Below are positions 47,102 through 57,287 of a DNA stretch of 64,000 nucleotides, piece after piece. This DNA is from an uncultured Gaiellaceae bacterium (lineage in GTDB: Bacteria > Actinomycetota > Thermoleophilia > Gaiellales > Gaiellaceae), in assembly GCA_963732995.1 (NCBI GenBank), contig CAVTBS010000009.1, forward strand, positions 64,618 through 128,617, in the 5' to 3' direction. The position numbers and the translations under genes are program-made. The notes under the pieces were generated by a model. That model did no database searches and was not told the DNA's origin. It saw only the letters and a program-made list of their open reading frames with translations. How positions within the stretch are numbered: position 1 is the stretch's first letter; the number at the start of each line of letters is the position of its first letter.

Positions 47102-48061
47102 TCATGCGTAGAGAGCGGCGAGCTGGGCGGGGCTGATGTTGCCGCCGCTCGCCACCAGCGCGATTCGCCGTCCCCGCAAGCGGTCGACGAGCTTCAGCGC
47201 GGCCGCCAGCGGCGCAGCTCCGGCCGGCTCGACGAGATTGCGCGTGTGCTCGATCATCAGCCGCGTCGCCTCTCGGATCTCGTCCTCGGAGACGAGGACG
47301 AAGTCGTCCAGGTGCTCCCAGAGGATCCGCTGCGGGAGCTCGAACGGGACCCGGGTCGCGAGTCCTTCCGCGTGCGTCGAGTTCTCGCCGTCGAGCATCG
47401 CCCGCGCCTGCCAGGAGCGGTAGGCGGCCGGCGCCGCCTCCGACTGGACGCCGATCACCTCGATCTCGGGCCGGATCGCCTTCGCGACGACGCACGCTCC
47501 GGCGGCGCCGCTGCCGCCGCCGATCGGGACGATCACGGCGTCGATGTCGGGACGCGCCTCGAGGATCTCGAGCGTCTCCGTGCCGACGCCTGCGATCAGG
47601 TGCGGCTCGTTGCCGGAGTGGACGTAGCGGTAGCCGTGCTCGGCCGCCAGGCGCTCGCAGTGCTCGCGGGCCGCGTCGAAGTCCATGCCGTGCTCGATCA
47701 GCTCCGCTCCCTGCGCGCGGATCGCCGTCACCTTCACCGGGTTGGCGTTCTCGGGGACACAGACGCGGGCGGTGACACCGAAGAGGCGCGCGGCGTAGGC
47801 GACCGATTGCCCGTGGTTGCCCGTCGAGGCGGTGATGAGACCGCGCCGCCGCTCACCCTCGTCGAGTTGCGAGACGAGGTTGACGCCGCCGCGGACCTTG
47901 AAGGCGCCGACCGGCTGGTGGTTCTCGTGCTTGACCCAGACCTCGGCGCCGAGCAGCTCGTCCAGCCCGGCGTAGGGGTACAGCGGCGTCGGCCGCAGGT
48001 GGGGCGTGATCCGCCGCTTCGCTTCGAGGACGTCGGCGAGCGTGATCGTCGGCCACTCCAT
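47102..48061 (-). CDS. threonine/serine dehydratase-like PLP-dependent enzyme (no ACT domain)
   Basis: HENHQPVGAFKVRGG (PLP Lys), ASTGNHGQSVAYAA and PIGGGSGAAG motifs. Confidence 0.9.
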   Translation of the reverse strand: MEWPTITLADVLEAKRRITPHLRPTPLYPYAGLDELLGAEVWVKHENHQPVGAFKVRGGVNLVSQLDEGERRRGLITASTGNHGQSVAYAARLFGVTARVCVPENANPVKVTAIRAQGAELIEHGMDFDAAREHCERLAAEHGYRYVHSGNEPHLIAGVGTETLEILEARPDIDAVIVPIGGGSGAAGACVVAKAIRPEIEVIGVQSEAAPAAYRSWQARAMLDGENSTHAEGLATRVPFELPQRILWEHLDDFVLVSEDEIREATRLMIEHTRNLVEPAGAAPLAAALKLVDRLRGRRIALVASGGNISPAQLAALYA

Positions 48062-48084
48062 CCCGATCGAGTCTCTCAGCTTCC

Positions 48085-48113
48085 TTGACGACGTCCGGAA
48101 GGATCTCTACGCT
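48085..48113 (+). promoter_or_regulatory. candidate lexA promoter (-35 TTGACG, 17-bp spacer, -10 TACGCT)
   Basis: Hexamers at 48085-90 and 48108-13. The SOS box starts 7 nt downstream of the -10. Confidence 0.45.
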
Positions 48114-48119
48114 TCGGAG

Positions 48120-48134
48120 CGAACACACGTTCGA
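48120..48134 (+). promoter_or_regulatory. LexA operator (SOS box) CGAACACACGTTCGA
   Basis: Matches the Gram-positive/actinobacterial GAAC-N4-GTTC palindrome. Lies 21 nt upstream of the lexA ATG. Confidence 0.75.
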
Positions 48135-48154
48135 CAACCATCCTCGGAGGCACA

Positions 48155-48796
48155 ATGTCGTCTGCACCCCAGCTCACCGCGCGGCAACAGGAGATCTGGC
48201 AGTTCCTCGTCGACTACGTCGACCGGCACGGCTATCCCCCGACCGTGCGTGAGATCGGGGAGGCCGTCGGCCTCGCCTCGCCGTCGACCGTGCACGCGCA
48301 TCTCGCGAACCTCGAGCGCGCCGGGCTGCTCCGGCGCGACCCGACCAAGCCGCGGGCGCTCGACCTGATCGGCCACCGGCGCGAGTCGCGCGCCGAGGAG
48401 GCGCCGCCGGAGCTGCAGAAGCTGCCGCTGCTCGGCCAGATCGCGGCCGGCGGGCCGCTCCTCGCCGAGGAGAACGTCGAGGACGAGATCGCCGTTCCGG
48501 AGCCGCTCGGCCGCCGCGCCGACTTCCTGCTCAGGGTCAAGGGAGAGTCGATGATCGACGCGGGGATCCTCGACGGCGACATCCTCGTCGTCCAGCGCGC
48601 CCAGGACGCGCGCAACGGCGAGATCGTGGTCGCCCTGGCGGGCGACGACGAGTCGGCCGACGAGGCGACGGTGAAGACGTTCTACCGAGAGAACGGCCGC
48701 GTCCGCCTCCAACCTGAGAACGAGAGCCTCGAGCCGATCTACGCCGACCACGTCCAGATCCTCGGCCGCGTGACGGGAGTCTTCAGGAGCCTCTGA
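48155..48796 (+). CDS. lexA: LexA repressor
   Basis: LTARQQEIWQFLVDYVDRHGYPPTVREIGEAVGL..., a QIAAG cleavage-site region, and S24 peptidase motifs GESM...VVA...KT. Confidence 0.95.
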   Translation: MSSAPQLTARQQEIWQFLVDYVDRHGYPPTVREIGEAVGLASPSTVHAHLANLERAGLLRRDPTKPRALDLIGHRRESRAEEAPPELQKLPLLGQIAAGGPLLAEENVEDEIAVPEPLGRRADFLLRVKGESMIDAGILDGDILVVQRAQDARNGEIVVALAGDDESADEATVKTFYRENGRVRLQPENESLEPIYADHVQILGRVTGVFRSL

Positions 48797-48983
48797 TGGG
48801 CGTCGCCTCCTTCAACCGCACCCTCGACCAGGAGCTGGCGGCGATCGCGCGCGGCGCCAGCTACGAGTGCCTCGTCTGCGGCGAGTTCCTGCTCCGCCGG
48901 CCGGTCGCCCACGCGTGCCTGGAATGCGGGACGCTGCTCTGCGACGGCCTGCAGATCCCGGAATCCGAGCTAGAATTCGTCTC

Positions 48984-48996
<13 letters not shown>
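48796..48996 (+). CDS. small zinc-ribbon-like protein translationally coupled to lexA (66 aa)
   Basis: The start ATG overlaps the lexA TGA stop by one base (TGATG). High GC3. CLVCG...CLECG...C cysteine pairs. The last 13 nt or so overlap the predicted rnpB 5' end. Confidence 0.55.
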
Positions 48997-49333
<337 letters not shown>

Positions 49334-49429
49334 TGACGGAGAGCCCCGCACCGCGGGGCTCTCCCATTTCCGCGACCGTGAGGGCGGGTCGACGAGCGCC
49401 GCAAGGGCGAATCGCGCGAAAGTGTGCGC

Positions 49430-50195
49430 ATGGACGCGCGCGCGAAGCCTCCGCAGTTCCGGATCGGGCTGCAGCTCTGGACGGTGCGGGAGGACTGCGC
49501 CCGCGACTTCGAGGCGACGCTGCGCGAGGTGGCCGCGATCGGCTACGAGGGCGTCGAGCTCTACGACCTCCACGGCCACGAGCCGGATGTGGTCGCCGCA
49601 TGGCTCGCCGACACCGGGCTCGTCGCGTGCGGCACGGCACGCCCGGCTCGAGGCGATCGAGTCGCAGCTGCCCGCCCTCGCGGCAGAGGCGCGCGCGCTC
49701 GGCTGGCGCCGCGTGAGCGTCAGCTGGGTCGATCCGGCCGAGCTCGGGCCTGAGCTCCTGCGCCGGCTCGCGGCCGCCGCCGACGCCGCAGCGGCCCACG
49801 GGCTCGAGCTCGGCTTCCACAACCACGACCCGGAGGCAGCAGAGCGCGACGGCGGCGGCAGCTTTCTGGACGACCTGCTGGCCGAGGAGTCCGTGTTCCT
49901 CGAGCTCGATCTCGGCTGGGTCTGGGTCGCGGGCGCGGACCCCCTCGACCTCCTCGCTCGCGCCCGGGGCCGCTGCCCACTCGTGCACGTGAAGGACTTC
50001 CACCGCCGCGATGCCGAGGCGTTCACGGCCGTCGGCGACGGTGCCGTCGGCTACGAGCAGGTTGCGCCCGCAGCCGTCGCGGCGGGCGCCGAGTGGCTGC
50101 TCGTGGAGCAGGACGAGACCGACGGGCCGGCTCTGGACGCCGCCCGGCGCTCGTTCGTTGCGCTCACCGCGATGGTCGCCGAGGTCGCTGCGTGA
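49430..50195 (+). pseudogene. sugar phosphate isomerase/epimerase (xylose isomerase-like TIM barrel), frame-disrupted as assembled (extra nt about 49637)
   Basis: MDARAKPPQFRIGLQLWTVRED...GYEGVELYDL...LVACG(T), then one frame over HARLEAIESQL...ELGFHNHD...LELDLGW...VHVKDF... Confidence 0.75.
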
Positions 50196-51277
50196 ACTCG
50201 CCGGCACGCGTCGGCGTCGTCGGCTGCGGCGTGATCAGCCGCGAGTACGCTACGAACGCGAAGGCGTTCGACTCGTACGAGCTCGTTGCCTGCGCCGACG
50301 TCGACGAGTCGCAGGCACGGGCGCTCGGCGAGACGCACGACCTTGCCGTCGCGACCGTGGACGAGCTGATCGGCGATCCGGCGATCGACATCGTCCTCAA
50401 CCTGACGCCGCCGGTCGCTCACGCGGACGTGATCAACGCGTCGCTTGCGGCCGGGAAGCACGTCTACACGGAGAAGCCGCTCGCATCGACGACCGCCGAA
50501 GCGAGCGCGCTCGTGGCCGAGGCCGCCCGGCTCGGGCTCCGGATCGGATGCGCTCCCGACACGTTTCTCGGCAGCGGGTATCAAGCCGGGCGCGGCCTGC
50601 TCGACAGCGGCGCGATCGGCGAGCCGTTGTCGGTGAGCGCCGCCATGATCGTCGGCGGCCAGGAGACCTGGCATCCGAACCCGGACATCTTCTACGCGGA
50701 CGGCGCCGGTCCGCTGCTCGACATGGGCCCGTACTACCTGACCGCGATCGTCTCGCTGCTCGGCCCGGTCGCGCGCGTGGCCGGGTTCGCGTCCACCCGC
50801 ACCCGGCAGCGCACGATCGAGATCGGCTCCCGTGTCGGCGAGCGGTTCGACGTCGTCACCCCGTCGCACACGACCGCCGCGATCGAGCTCGAGAGCGGTG
50901 TCACGGCGACGCTGATCGCCAGCTTCGAGGCGCAGGGCCAGTCGATCTACGACTTCCAGCTCCACGGCACGGAAGGAATGATCGCGTTCCCGGATCCGAA
51001 CTCGTTCGCCGGCCGGGTTCGCATGCGCCGTGGCAGAGAGGGCTGGCAGGAGGTTCCATACGCGGAGCGCGGAGATCGCGACAGCCGCGGCATCGGGCTC
51101 GACGAGCTCGTTGCCGCGATCGCCGCGGATCGTCCCGAGCGCGCCTCGGCAGTCCTCGGCCTGCACGTCGTCGACGTCGCGCGCGGGATCCTGACCGCGG
51201 CGGCCGAGAGCCGGATCGTGGAGATCGAGTCGCGCGCGCCGCAGCCGGCCGCCATGCCCGTCGAGACCGCGGCCTGA
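50192..51277 (+). CDS. Gfo/Idh/MocA family oxidoreductase
   Basis: ARVGVVGCGVISREY Rossmann N-terminus and GKHVYTEKPLA motif. GTG 50192 overlaps the upstream stop (GTGA). Confidence 0.9.
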   Translation: MNSPARVGVVGCGVISREYATNAKAFDSYELVACADVDESQARALGETHDLAVATVDELIGDPAIDIVLNLTPPVAHADVINASLAAGKHVYTEKPLASTTAEASALVAEAARLGLRIGCAPDTFLGSGYQAGRGLLDSGAIGEPLSVSAAMIVGGQETWHPNPDIFYADGAGPLLDMGPYYLTAIVSLLGPVARVAGFASTRTRQRTIEIGSRVGERFDVVTPSHTTAAIELESGVTATLIASFEAQGQSIYDFQLHGTEGMIAFPDPNSFAGRVRMRRGREGWQEVPYAERGDRDSRGIGLDELVAAIAADRPERASAVLGLHVVDVARGILTAAAESRIVEIESRAPQPAAMPVETAA

Positions 51278-51290
51278 TCGCTGCCGGCGT

Positions 51291-52859
51291 TCAGTCTCGA
51301 GCGTGCAGCGGCAGCGTGGCCGTGATCACCGTCCCGCGCCCCGGCGGGCTGACGATCACGAGCGTGCCGCCCTCCGCCTCGGCGCGGTCGCGAAGGCCGA
51401 GCAGTCCCGTCCCCTTGGTCGTGTCCACGCCGCCGCCGCCGTCGTCGGTGATCTCGAGTCGGAGCACTCCGTCGCGCAGCTCGACCGTCACAAGTGCGCG
51501 AGACGCACCCGCATGCTTGACGACGTTCGTCAGGCCCTCCGAGACGATGAAGTACGCCGTCGCCTCGACATGCCTGTCGAGTCGTCCCTCCGGGACGTCG
51601 ACCTGGACGTCCAGCGGCAGCCGCTCCTCGAAGAGCGACAGAGCCCCGCGAAGGCCGTGCTCGATCAGCGCGCCGGGATGGAGCCCGCGTGCGAGCTCCC
51701 GCAGCTCCTCGAGGCCGGCGTCGAGCTCGCCGCCCGCTTCCTGCAGCAGCGTCGCGGCCGAAGCCGGATCCGCCTCCAGCCGGGATTGAGCGAGCCGCAG
51801 CAGCAGCGTCGCTGCGACGAGCCGCTGCTGGGCGCCGTCGTGGAGGTTGCGCTCGAGCCGTCGGCGCTGCTCGTCGCCGGCCCGGACGATCCGGGCGCGG
51901 GAGCTCTGCAGGTCCTCGCGGGCCTGTGCGCTCGAGACCGCGAGTGAGACCAGGTCGCAGAACGCGGCAAGCCGCATCTCCGTGTTCGGCGGCAGCGGGT
52001 CGGGGCTGCCCACGGTGGCGGCGCCCCAGAGCGTGCCGGCGACGATGATCGGCGCGGTCGCCGTCGAGCGGTAGCCGCTGCGCACGAGGATCTCGGCCAG
52101 CTCGCCCTCGGCGGTGCCCCAGTCGTCGACCCGGGCGGGGACCCCGGTCTCGCGAACACGCCCGATCGACGTCGTCTCGTCGACGTACAGCCGCGTCCCG
52201 ATCGGAAACGGGTCGATCCCGTCGCGGTTGTGCCGTCCGACGATCGTCGCGGTGTCGTCGCCCTCGTAGCGCCAGACCGCCGACGTCGTCACGCCGAGTA
52301 CCCGAGCGCACTCGTCCGAGACCGCCGTGAAGACGCGCTCCGGGCTCGCCTCGGACGCCACCAGCGTCGCCACCCGGCGCAGCGCACGCTGCTCCTGCGC
52401 CAGTTGGCCGATCTCGGCGAGCTTGGCCTCCGCGTCGTCCGCGAGCGCCGGCTCGTCCGGCATCCGGGCCCGCTCGGTCAGGTCGAGGCCGGTGGTGACG
52501 AGGTAGCCGCGCGACGTCGCGGTCGCCGGCACCGGCTTGTTCGACCAGGCGATCAGCCGGCGGCCGCCGTCTTTCGTCAGCCAGTGACCGACCTGCGGGC
52601 TCGGATGCTCCGTCTTCCAGATGAACGCGAGCACCTCGTGGAACGCCTCCCGCTCCTCGACGGGGACCAGGATCTCGGCCAGCTCACGCCCGATCACCTC
52701 GTCCCGGGAGAAGCCCGTGGCCCGCTCGCACGCATCGTTGAAGAGCAGCACGTGGCCCTCTTCGTCCAGCACGCAGACGAGCGACTGCGTCGTCTCCGCG
52801 AGCACGCGGGCGAACTCGTCGCCGAGTTGGAAGTCGCTTGTCAGCCGCTCGTCGCTCAT
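51291..52859 (-). CDS. cytoplasmic PAS-GAF sensor histidine kinase (HisKA_3 / HATPase_c)
   Basis: PAS (LVCVLDEEGHVLLFNDACERATGFSRDEVIG), a GAF-like middle region, the H-box RRLERNLHDGAQQRL and the ATPase region EGLTNVVKHAGA...GLLGLRDRAEA. Confidence 0.9.
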   Translation of the reverse strand: MSDERLTSDFQLGDEFARVLAETTQSLVCVLDEEGHVLLFNDACERATGFSRDEVIGRELAEILVPVEEREAFHEVLAFIWKTEHPSPQVGHWLTKDGGRRLIAWSNKPVPATATSRGYLVTTGLDLTERARMPDEPALADDAEAKLAEIGQLAQEQRALRRVATLVASEASPERVFTAVSDECARVLGVTTSAVWRYEGDDTATIVGRHNRDGIDPFPIGTRLYVDETTSIGRVRETGVPARVDDWGTAEGELAEILVRSGYRSTATAPIIVAGTLWGAATVGSPDPLPPNTEMRLAAFCDLVSLAVSSAQAREDLQSSRARIVRAGDEQRRRLERNLHDGAQQRLVAATLLLRLAQSRLEADPASAATLLQEAGGELDAGLEELRELARGLHPGALIEHGLRGALSLFEERLPLDVQVDVPEGRLDRHVEATAYFIVSEGLTNVVKHAGASRALVTVELRDGVLRLEITDDGGGGVDTTKGTGLLGLRDRAEAEGGTLVIVSPPGRGTVITATLPLHARD

Positions 52860-52933
52860 CGTCCGACGTTGAGCCTAGCGATAGATTTTTGCAAGTTCCT
52901 GACATCTGTCCGAGTAGCGTTCCGGGCGTGCGG

Positions 52934-53383
52934 ATGCTCCTGATCGCGATCTCGCTCGCTCTCGCAGCGCCCGCGCTTGCGGCCGACGACCCGTCGGCGT
53001 ACGGCATGGCTCAGCGCGGCAGCTTCAAGGTGGTCAGCAACGTGCTGCTGAGCCCGGCCGGCGGCGAGATGAAAGGTGTCTGGCTCGACGGGAAGCGCGG
53101 CTGCCGCGACACGCGCCCGCTCCGGGTCTCGATCCAGATCGACCTCGTCTCCGCGGCCGGGAAGACGACGCGGGTCAAGCGCTCACGGCAGGCCGCCGTC
53201 GACAACTGCGCCGAGGGCGGCCCCAACTTCGGGTTCGACCTGGCGCCGAAGGCCTACAAGATGGCGTGCGCCAACGGCCGCTGGAAGCCGGGCCGCTACT
53301 CGCTCGTCACGCGGACGCTCGACATCCGCTCGGGCATCTCCGCCCAGGCGAGCCTGTACCACCAGGTCACGCGACGCTGCTAG
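52934..53383 (+). CDS. hypothetical secreted protein
   Basis: Signal peptide MLLIAISLALAAPALAA. Four Cys. High GC3. Confidence 0.6.
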   Translation: MLLIAISLALAAPALAADDPSAYGMAQRGSFKVVSNVLLSPAGGEMKGVWLDGKRGCRDTRPLRVSIQIDLVSAAGKTTRVKRSRQAAVDNCAEGGPNFGFDLAPKAYKMACANGRWKPGRYSLVTRTLDIRSGISAQASLYHQVTRRC

Positions 53384-53386
53384 CGG

Positions 53387-54772
53387 CTAGGCGCGAAGGA
53401 CGACCTCGAGCGCGGTGCCGCGCCCGGGGCGTGAGCGGAGCTTGAAGCCGCCGTCGATCGTCTTCGCGCGCAGGCGCATGTTCTTCAGACCCTGGCCGGC
53501 GGCTGCGTCGTCGCCGTCGAAGCCGACGCCGTCGTCGCGGACGCTGACGATCCGCCGGCCGAGCCGCTGGCCGATCCACACCTCGGCCCGCTGGGCGCCG
53601 GCGTGCTTGCGCACGTTCGCAAGGCCTTCCTGGACGATCCTGAACACCTCGATCTGCTCGTCGGGCGCGAGCAGGATCTGCGGGTCGATCTCGACGTCGA
53701 CCTCGAGCACGCCGTCGGCGGTGAGGAACTCGACGTAGCGTCGCAGCGCGGCGTCGAACGGAGCACTTCCGCTGGCCGACGAGAGTGCGAGCACGGCGAA
53801 GCGCGCCTCCTGCTGGGCGGCGGCCGCCGCTTCCTTCAGCTTCGGCAGCGTCTGCTCCAGCGACGCCCCCGCCTCGAGCATGCTCGCGTGCGTCGAGACG
53901 GCGAAGAGGTACTGCGCGAGGCCGTCGTGGATCTCGCGCGCCACCCGGGCGCGCTCCTCTGCGACCGCGCGGCCGAACTCGGCGAAGCTGATCGCCCGCC
54001 ACACGCCGACGAGCAGCAGGCCGTACGCGAGCAGGCGGAGAAAGTCGCCCTGAGAGATGAAGTCGCTCGAGACGTGGGGCGTCAGGACGTAGTGGAGCTC
54101 GGCGAAGAGCGTCAGCGTCGCGCCGAGCGCGAGCCAGCTGTCGAGATCCTCGCCCCGGGCCCGGTAGCGGATCCCGAAGCCCAGCACCGCGAAGAGCGCG
54201 AGCAGCGCCAGGAAGGAGGTGGCGACCGTGAGCTCGACGGCGCGGGCGCCGTCACCCGAGGCGTCGAGCAGGCTCAGGCGCGCGCCGAAGCCGCGGAGGG
54301 GCAGCCAGAGGGCGATGAGCGCGGCGATGAGGACGACCATCCCGAACAGGAGCACGCGCTTGCGGGCGATGATCCGCGGGGCGGGCACGAGCGGCGCGAG
54401 CGCGATCAGCGTCGCCGCGAGCACGCGGGCGGCGATCGCGGCCCAGGCCTCCGGTGCGTCCTGGTTCGAGCCTCCGAGCACGGGCACGACCGAGAACGCG
54501 AGCGTGCCGGCGCCGGCGACGAAGAACCCGGCTGCGAGCAGCAGGTCGAGCACGCGCCCTTCGACCGAGAAGCGGACGCCCGCGAGGATCGCGACGATCG
54601 TCGCCGCGAGCACGACCGCGGTGTCGAGCACGAGCCGGCCCTCCGGCAGCTCGTAGGTGTTCCGGAGCGCCGGATTCGTCAGGAAGAGCGCGGTCGCCGA
54701 CCCGAGCAGGGCGACGAGCAGCATCTCACCGACGAGCCAGCTCTCGAACGTGTCCTTGGCGTTTCTCTGCAC
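53387..54772 (-). CDS. membrane sensor histidine kinase (HisKA_3 type)
   Basis: About 7 TM segments, then VAREIHDGLAQYLF (H-box) and QEGLANVRKHAGA...GLKNMRLRA. Confidence 0.9.
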   Translation of the reverse strand: MQRNAKDTFESWLVGEMLLVALLGSATALFLTNPALRNTYELPEGRLVLDTAVVLAATIVAILAGVRFSVEGRVLDLLLAAGFFVAGAGTLAFSVVPVLGGSNQDAPEAWAAIAARVLAATLIALAPLVPAPRIIARKRVLLFGMVVLIAALIALWLPLRGFGARLSLLDASGDGARAVELTVATSFLALLALFAVLGFGIRYRARGEDLDSWLALGATLTLFAELHYVLTPHVSSDFISQGDFLRLLAYGLLLVGVWRAISFAEFGRAVAEERARVAREIHDGLAQYLFAVSTHASMLEAGASLEQTLPKLKEAAAAAQQEARFAVLALSSASGSAPFDAALRRYVEFLTADGVLEVDVEIDPQILLAPDEQIEVFRIVQEGLANVRKHAGAQRAEVWIGQRLGRRIVSVRDDGVGFDGDDAAAGQGLKNMRLRAKTIDGGFKLRSRPGRGTALEVVLRA

Positions 54773-54814
54773 ATGCCCCTAATCGGCAGCGAGCGCGCTG
54801 CCGATGAGTAGGAC

Positions 54815-55459
54815 ATGGCGGAGCGGATCCTCGTCGTCGACGACCATCCCCTGACGCGCGACGCGCTCGCGTCGCTGTTGGCGCAGGGCGGCTTCGACGT
54901 GGTCGGCGAGGCGGCTGACGGCGCCGAGGCGCTCGGCCTCGCGGCGGAGCTCCAGCCCGATCTCGTCCTGCTCGATCTCTCCATGCCGGGCCTCGACGGA
55001 CTGGCTGCGCTGCCCCGGCTGCGCGCCGCGGCTCCCGGCTGCGAGGTCGTCGTGCTGACCGCGTCCGGGACCGAGGAGAACCTGCTCGGCGCGATCCGCG
55101 CGGGTGCGGCCGGCTACCTGCTGAAGAGCGAGCCGCCGGAGCGGATCGTCTCGTTCCTCCGAGGCGTCGCCAACGGTGAGGCTGCGCTCTCGGGCGAGGT
55201 GGCCCGACGGCTGCTCGATCAGCTGCGCAGCGGCGGCCGGATCGGCGGCGGCGTCCCCGACGACATCGCCGGGACGCTCTCGGCCCGCGAGGTCGAGGTG
55301 CTGCTCCTGCTCGACGAGCACCTCTCCACGGACGACATCGCCAAGCGCCTCTTCATCTCCGAGCACACCGTCCGCTCGCACGTCAAGAGCATGCTCCGGA
55401 AGCTCGGCGTCTCGTCGCGCCGGGACGCGCTCGAGCAGCTCGCGCTCGCCCGACGCTGA
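54815..55459 (+). CDS. NarL/LuxR-family response regulator
   Basis: Receiver domain (ILVVDDHPL...DLVLLDLSMPGLDG) plus LuxR HTH (LSAREVEVLLLLDEHLSTDDIAKRLFISEHTVRSH). Divergent from the kinase. Confidence 0.93.
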   Translation: MAERILVVDDHPLTRDALASLLAQGGFDVVGEAADGAEALGLAAELQPDLVLLDLSMPGLDGLAALPRLRAAAPGCEVVVLTASGTEENLLGAIRAGAAGYLLKSEPPERIVSFLRGVANGEAALSGEVARRLLDQLRSGGRIGGGVPDDIAGTLSAREVEVLLLLDEHLSTDDIAKRLFISEHTVRSHVKSMLRKLGVSSRRDALEQLALARR

Positions 55460-55470
55460 CTCCGGGAAGC

Positions 55471-55487
55471 TCCCCCGCCGCGGGGGA
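55471..55487 (+). terminator. hairpin TCCCCCG-CCG-CGGGGGA after the response regulator
   Basis: 7-bp stem with a 3-nt loop, 12 nt after the stop. Confidence 0.4.
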
Positions 55488-55528
55488 TGCGATTCCCAAA
55501 CGACGGGTGTTGAAGGTTCCGGCAGGTT

Positions 55529-55553
55529 CGCTGATGCTTGGAATCAGCGTTTT
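55529..55553 (+). terminator. canonical intrinsic terminator CGCTGAT-N7-ATCAGCG followed by TTTT
   Basis: 7-bp stem, 7-nt loop and a T4 tract. It sits in a relatively AT-rich 160-nt intergenic region. Confidence 0.55.
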
Positions 55554-55618
55554 CCTACCAGGAGCGCTGCGGCGGCGAGAAGGACAAGAACGGTCGGCGG
55601 GAGCCGGCCGTTCCCGTG

Positions 55619-56500
55619 CTAGGAGGCGGTGAAGCCGCGGTGGGCGGCGGCGACGAGCCCCGGCAGCGTCTCGAGGTTGTAGCCGCCCTCGAGCACGGCG
55701 GCGACGCGCGGACCGAGGGCTGCGCAGCGTTCGGCGAGCTCACGGAAACCCGCTTCCGTCACCTCCATCTCCGCGAGCGGGTCGTCGTGGTGGGCGTCGA
55801 AGCCGGCGGAGACGAGGACGAGGTCCGGGTCGAACGCCCCCACGCCCGGCTCCACGATCTGCTCGAAGACGGCGCGGTACTCGTCGTCGCCGCAGCCGGC
55901 CGGAAGCGGCACGTTCACGGTCGACGCGTCGTTCGTGTCCGGCCCGCCCGTCCCCGGCCAGAACGGCCACTGGTGGAGCGAGACGAAGAAGACGGTGTCG
56001 TCGCCCCGGAAGAGCGCTTCCGTGCCGTTGCCGTGATGGACGTCGAAGTCGACGATCGCGATCCGCTCGAGCCCGAGCTCCGCCTGCGCGTAGCGGGCGG
56101 CGACGGCGACGTTGTTCACGAGGCAGAAGCCCATCGCCCGTGCGGCGAGCGCGTGGTGCCCGGGAGGCCGGACGAGTGCGAAGCCGCCCCGGTCGACCGC
56201 CTCCAGGGTGATCCCGGCGGCGAGCGTCGCGGCGCGCCAGGACGACTCCGAGCAGACGGTGTCGGCGTCGAGCTGGGTCGGCTGGGCGACGGCCTCGAGC
56301 TGGTCGAGGTAGGCGGGCTCGTGGACGCGGGCGAGCTGCTCGCGTGTCGCTTCCCGCTCGACCGTCTCGCCGCTGAGCACGCGCAGCCGGGCCTGCTGCT
56401 CGGGATGGTGGGCTCCCGTCGGATGCAGGTCGGCGAGCGCCGGATTCGTCAGGAGCTCGACAGCGCCTCCAGTCGGCCCGAGAGCCGCCCCAGACCCCAT
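55619..56500 (-). CDS. histone deacetylase-family (acetoin utilisation / acetylpolyamine amidohydrolase-like) protein
   Basis: RPPGHHA, DFDVHHGNGT and EGGY motifs. The only in-frame start, ATG 56500, overlaps the upstream gene by 52 nt. Confidence 0.85.
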   Translation of the reverse strand: MGSGAALGPTGGAVELLTNPALADLHPTGAHHPEQQARLRVLSGETVEREATREQLARVHEPAYLDQLEAVAQPTQLDADTVCSESSWRAATLAAGITLEAVDRGGFALVRPPGHHALAARAMGFCLVNNVAVAARYAQAELGLERIAIVDFDVHHGNGTEALFRGDDTVFFVSLHQWPFWPGTGGPDTNDASTVNVPLPAGCGDDEYRAVFEQIVEPGVGAFDPDLVLVSAGFDAHHDDPLAEMEVTEAGFRELAERCAALGPRVAAVLEGGYNLETLPGLVAAAHRGFTAS

Positions 56501-57282
56501 TCGCGCGCGAGGCCTGCCGCGCGGTCCCACGTCGGCTCCTGGTCGTCGAGCGCCGGCAGCGGCGCGTCGCGGTCCATCGTCGCGATGTGCCGGTACAGCC
56601 GGAGCGCGTCGGCCTCGGCGGCGAACCGTCCCTGCTCCAGCGCCGCCTCGAGCGTGCCGTACTGGGCGAGCACGGACGCCGCCGTCTTGGCGCCGACGCC
56701 GCGGGCGCCGGGAATCTTGTCCGACGGATCGCCGCGCAACGCGATGAAGTCCGGCACCTGCGCCGGCTCGACGCCGTAGCGCTCGCGCACCTCGGCCGGC
56801 CCGATCCGCGCCAGCGGCCCGCCGCCGATCTGCGGCTGCAGCACGGTCGTCCGCTCGCCCACGAGCTGGAACGTGTCGCGGTCGCCGCTCGCAACGAGCG
56901 CGGAGCCTCCTCGCTCCTCCTCGAACGCGACCCCGGCTGCGAGGAAGTCGTCGGCCTCGTAGCCTTCGGCCTTCGCGGGCGCGAACCCCATCGCCTCGAC
57001 GAGCTGCGGCATCAGGTCGAGCTGGTCGAGCAGCTCCCGGTCGAACTGGCGCCCCGACTGGTACGCGGGCAGCGCCGTGTGCCGGTAGGTGGGCACGGTC
57101 AGCGTGTCCCACGCGATGAGCGCGGCGCGCGGCGTCTCCTCCTCCCAGAGCCGGATCAGGAGCCCGCCGACCCCGTCGATCAGGTTGCCGCCGCCGCCGT
57201 CGGCGCGCCGGATCGACTTCGGCAGCGCGTGGTAGTAGCGGTGGGCGAACGAGTCGCCGTCGACGATCAGGAGCGGTCGCAC
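56449..57282 (-). CDS. stand-alone 5'-3' exonuclease (FEN / Pol I N-terminal-like)
   Basis: LLIVDGDSFAHRYYHAL..., YEADD, SGDRDTFQL and an H3TH region IPGARGVGAKTA. Start is GTG 57282. Confidence 0.9.
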   Translation of the reverse strand: MRPLLIVDGDSFAHRYYHALPKSIRRADGGGGNLIDGVGGLLIRLWEEETPRAALIAWDTLTVPTYRHTALPAYQSGRQFDRELLDQLDLMPQLVEAMGFAPAKAEGYEADDFLAAGVAFEEERGGSALVASGDRDTFQLVGERTTVLQPQIGGGPLARIGPAEVRERYGVEPAQVPDFIALRGDPSDKIPGARGVGAKTAASVLAQYGTLEAALEQGRFAAEADALRLYRHIATMDRDAPLPALDDQEPTWDRAAGLAREWGLGRLSGRLEALSSS

Positions 57283-57287
57283 GGCGC

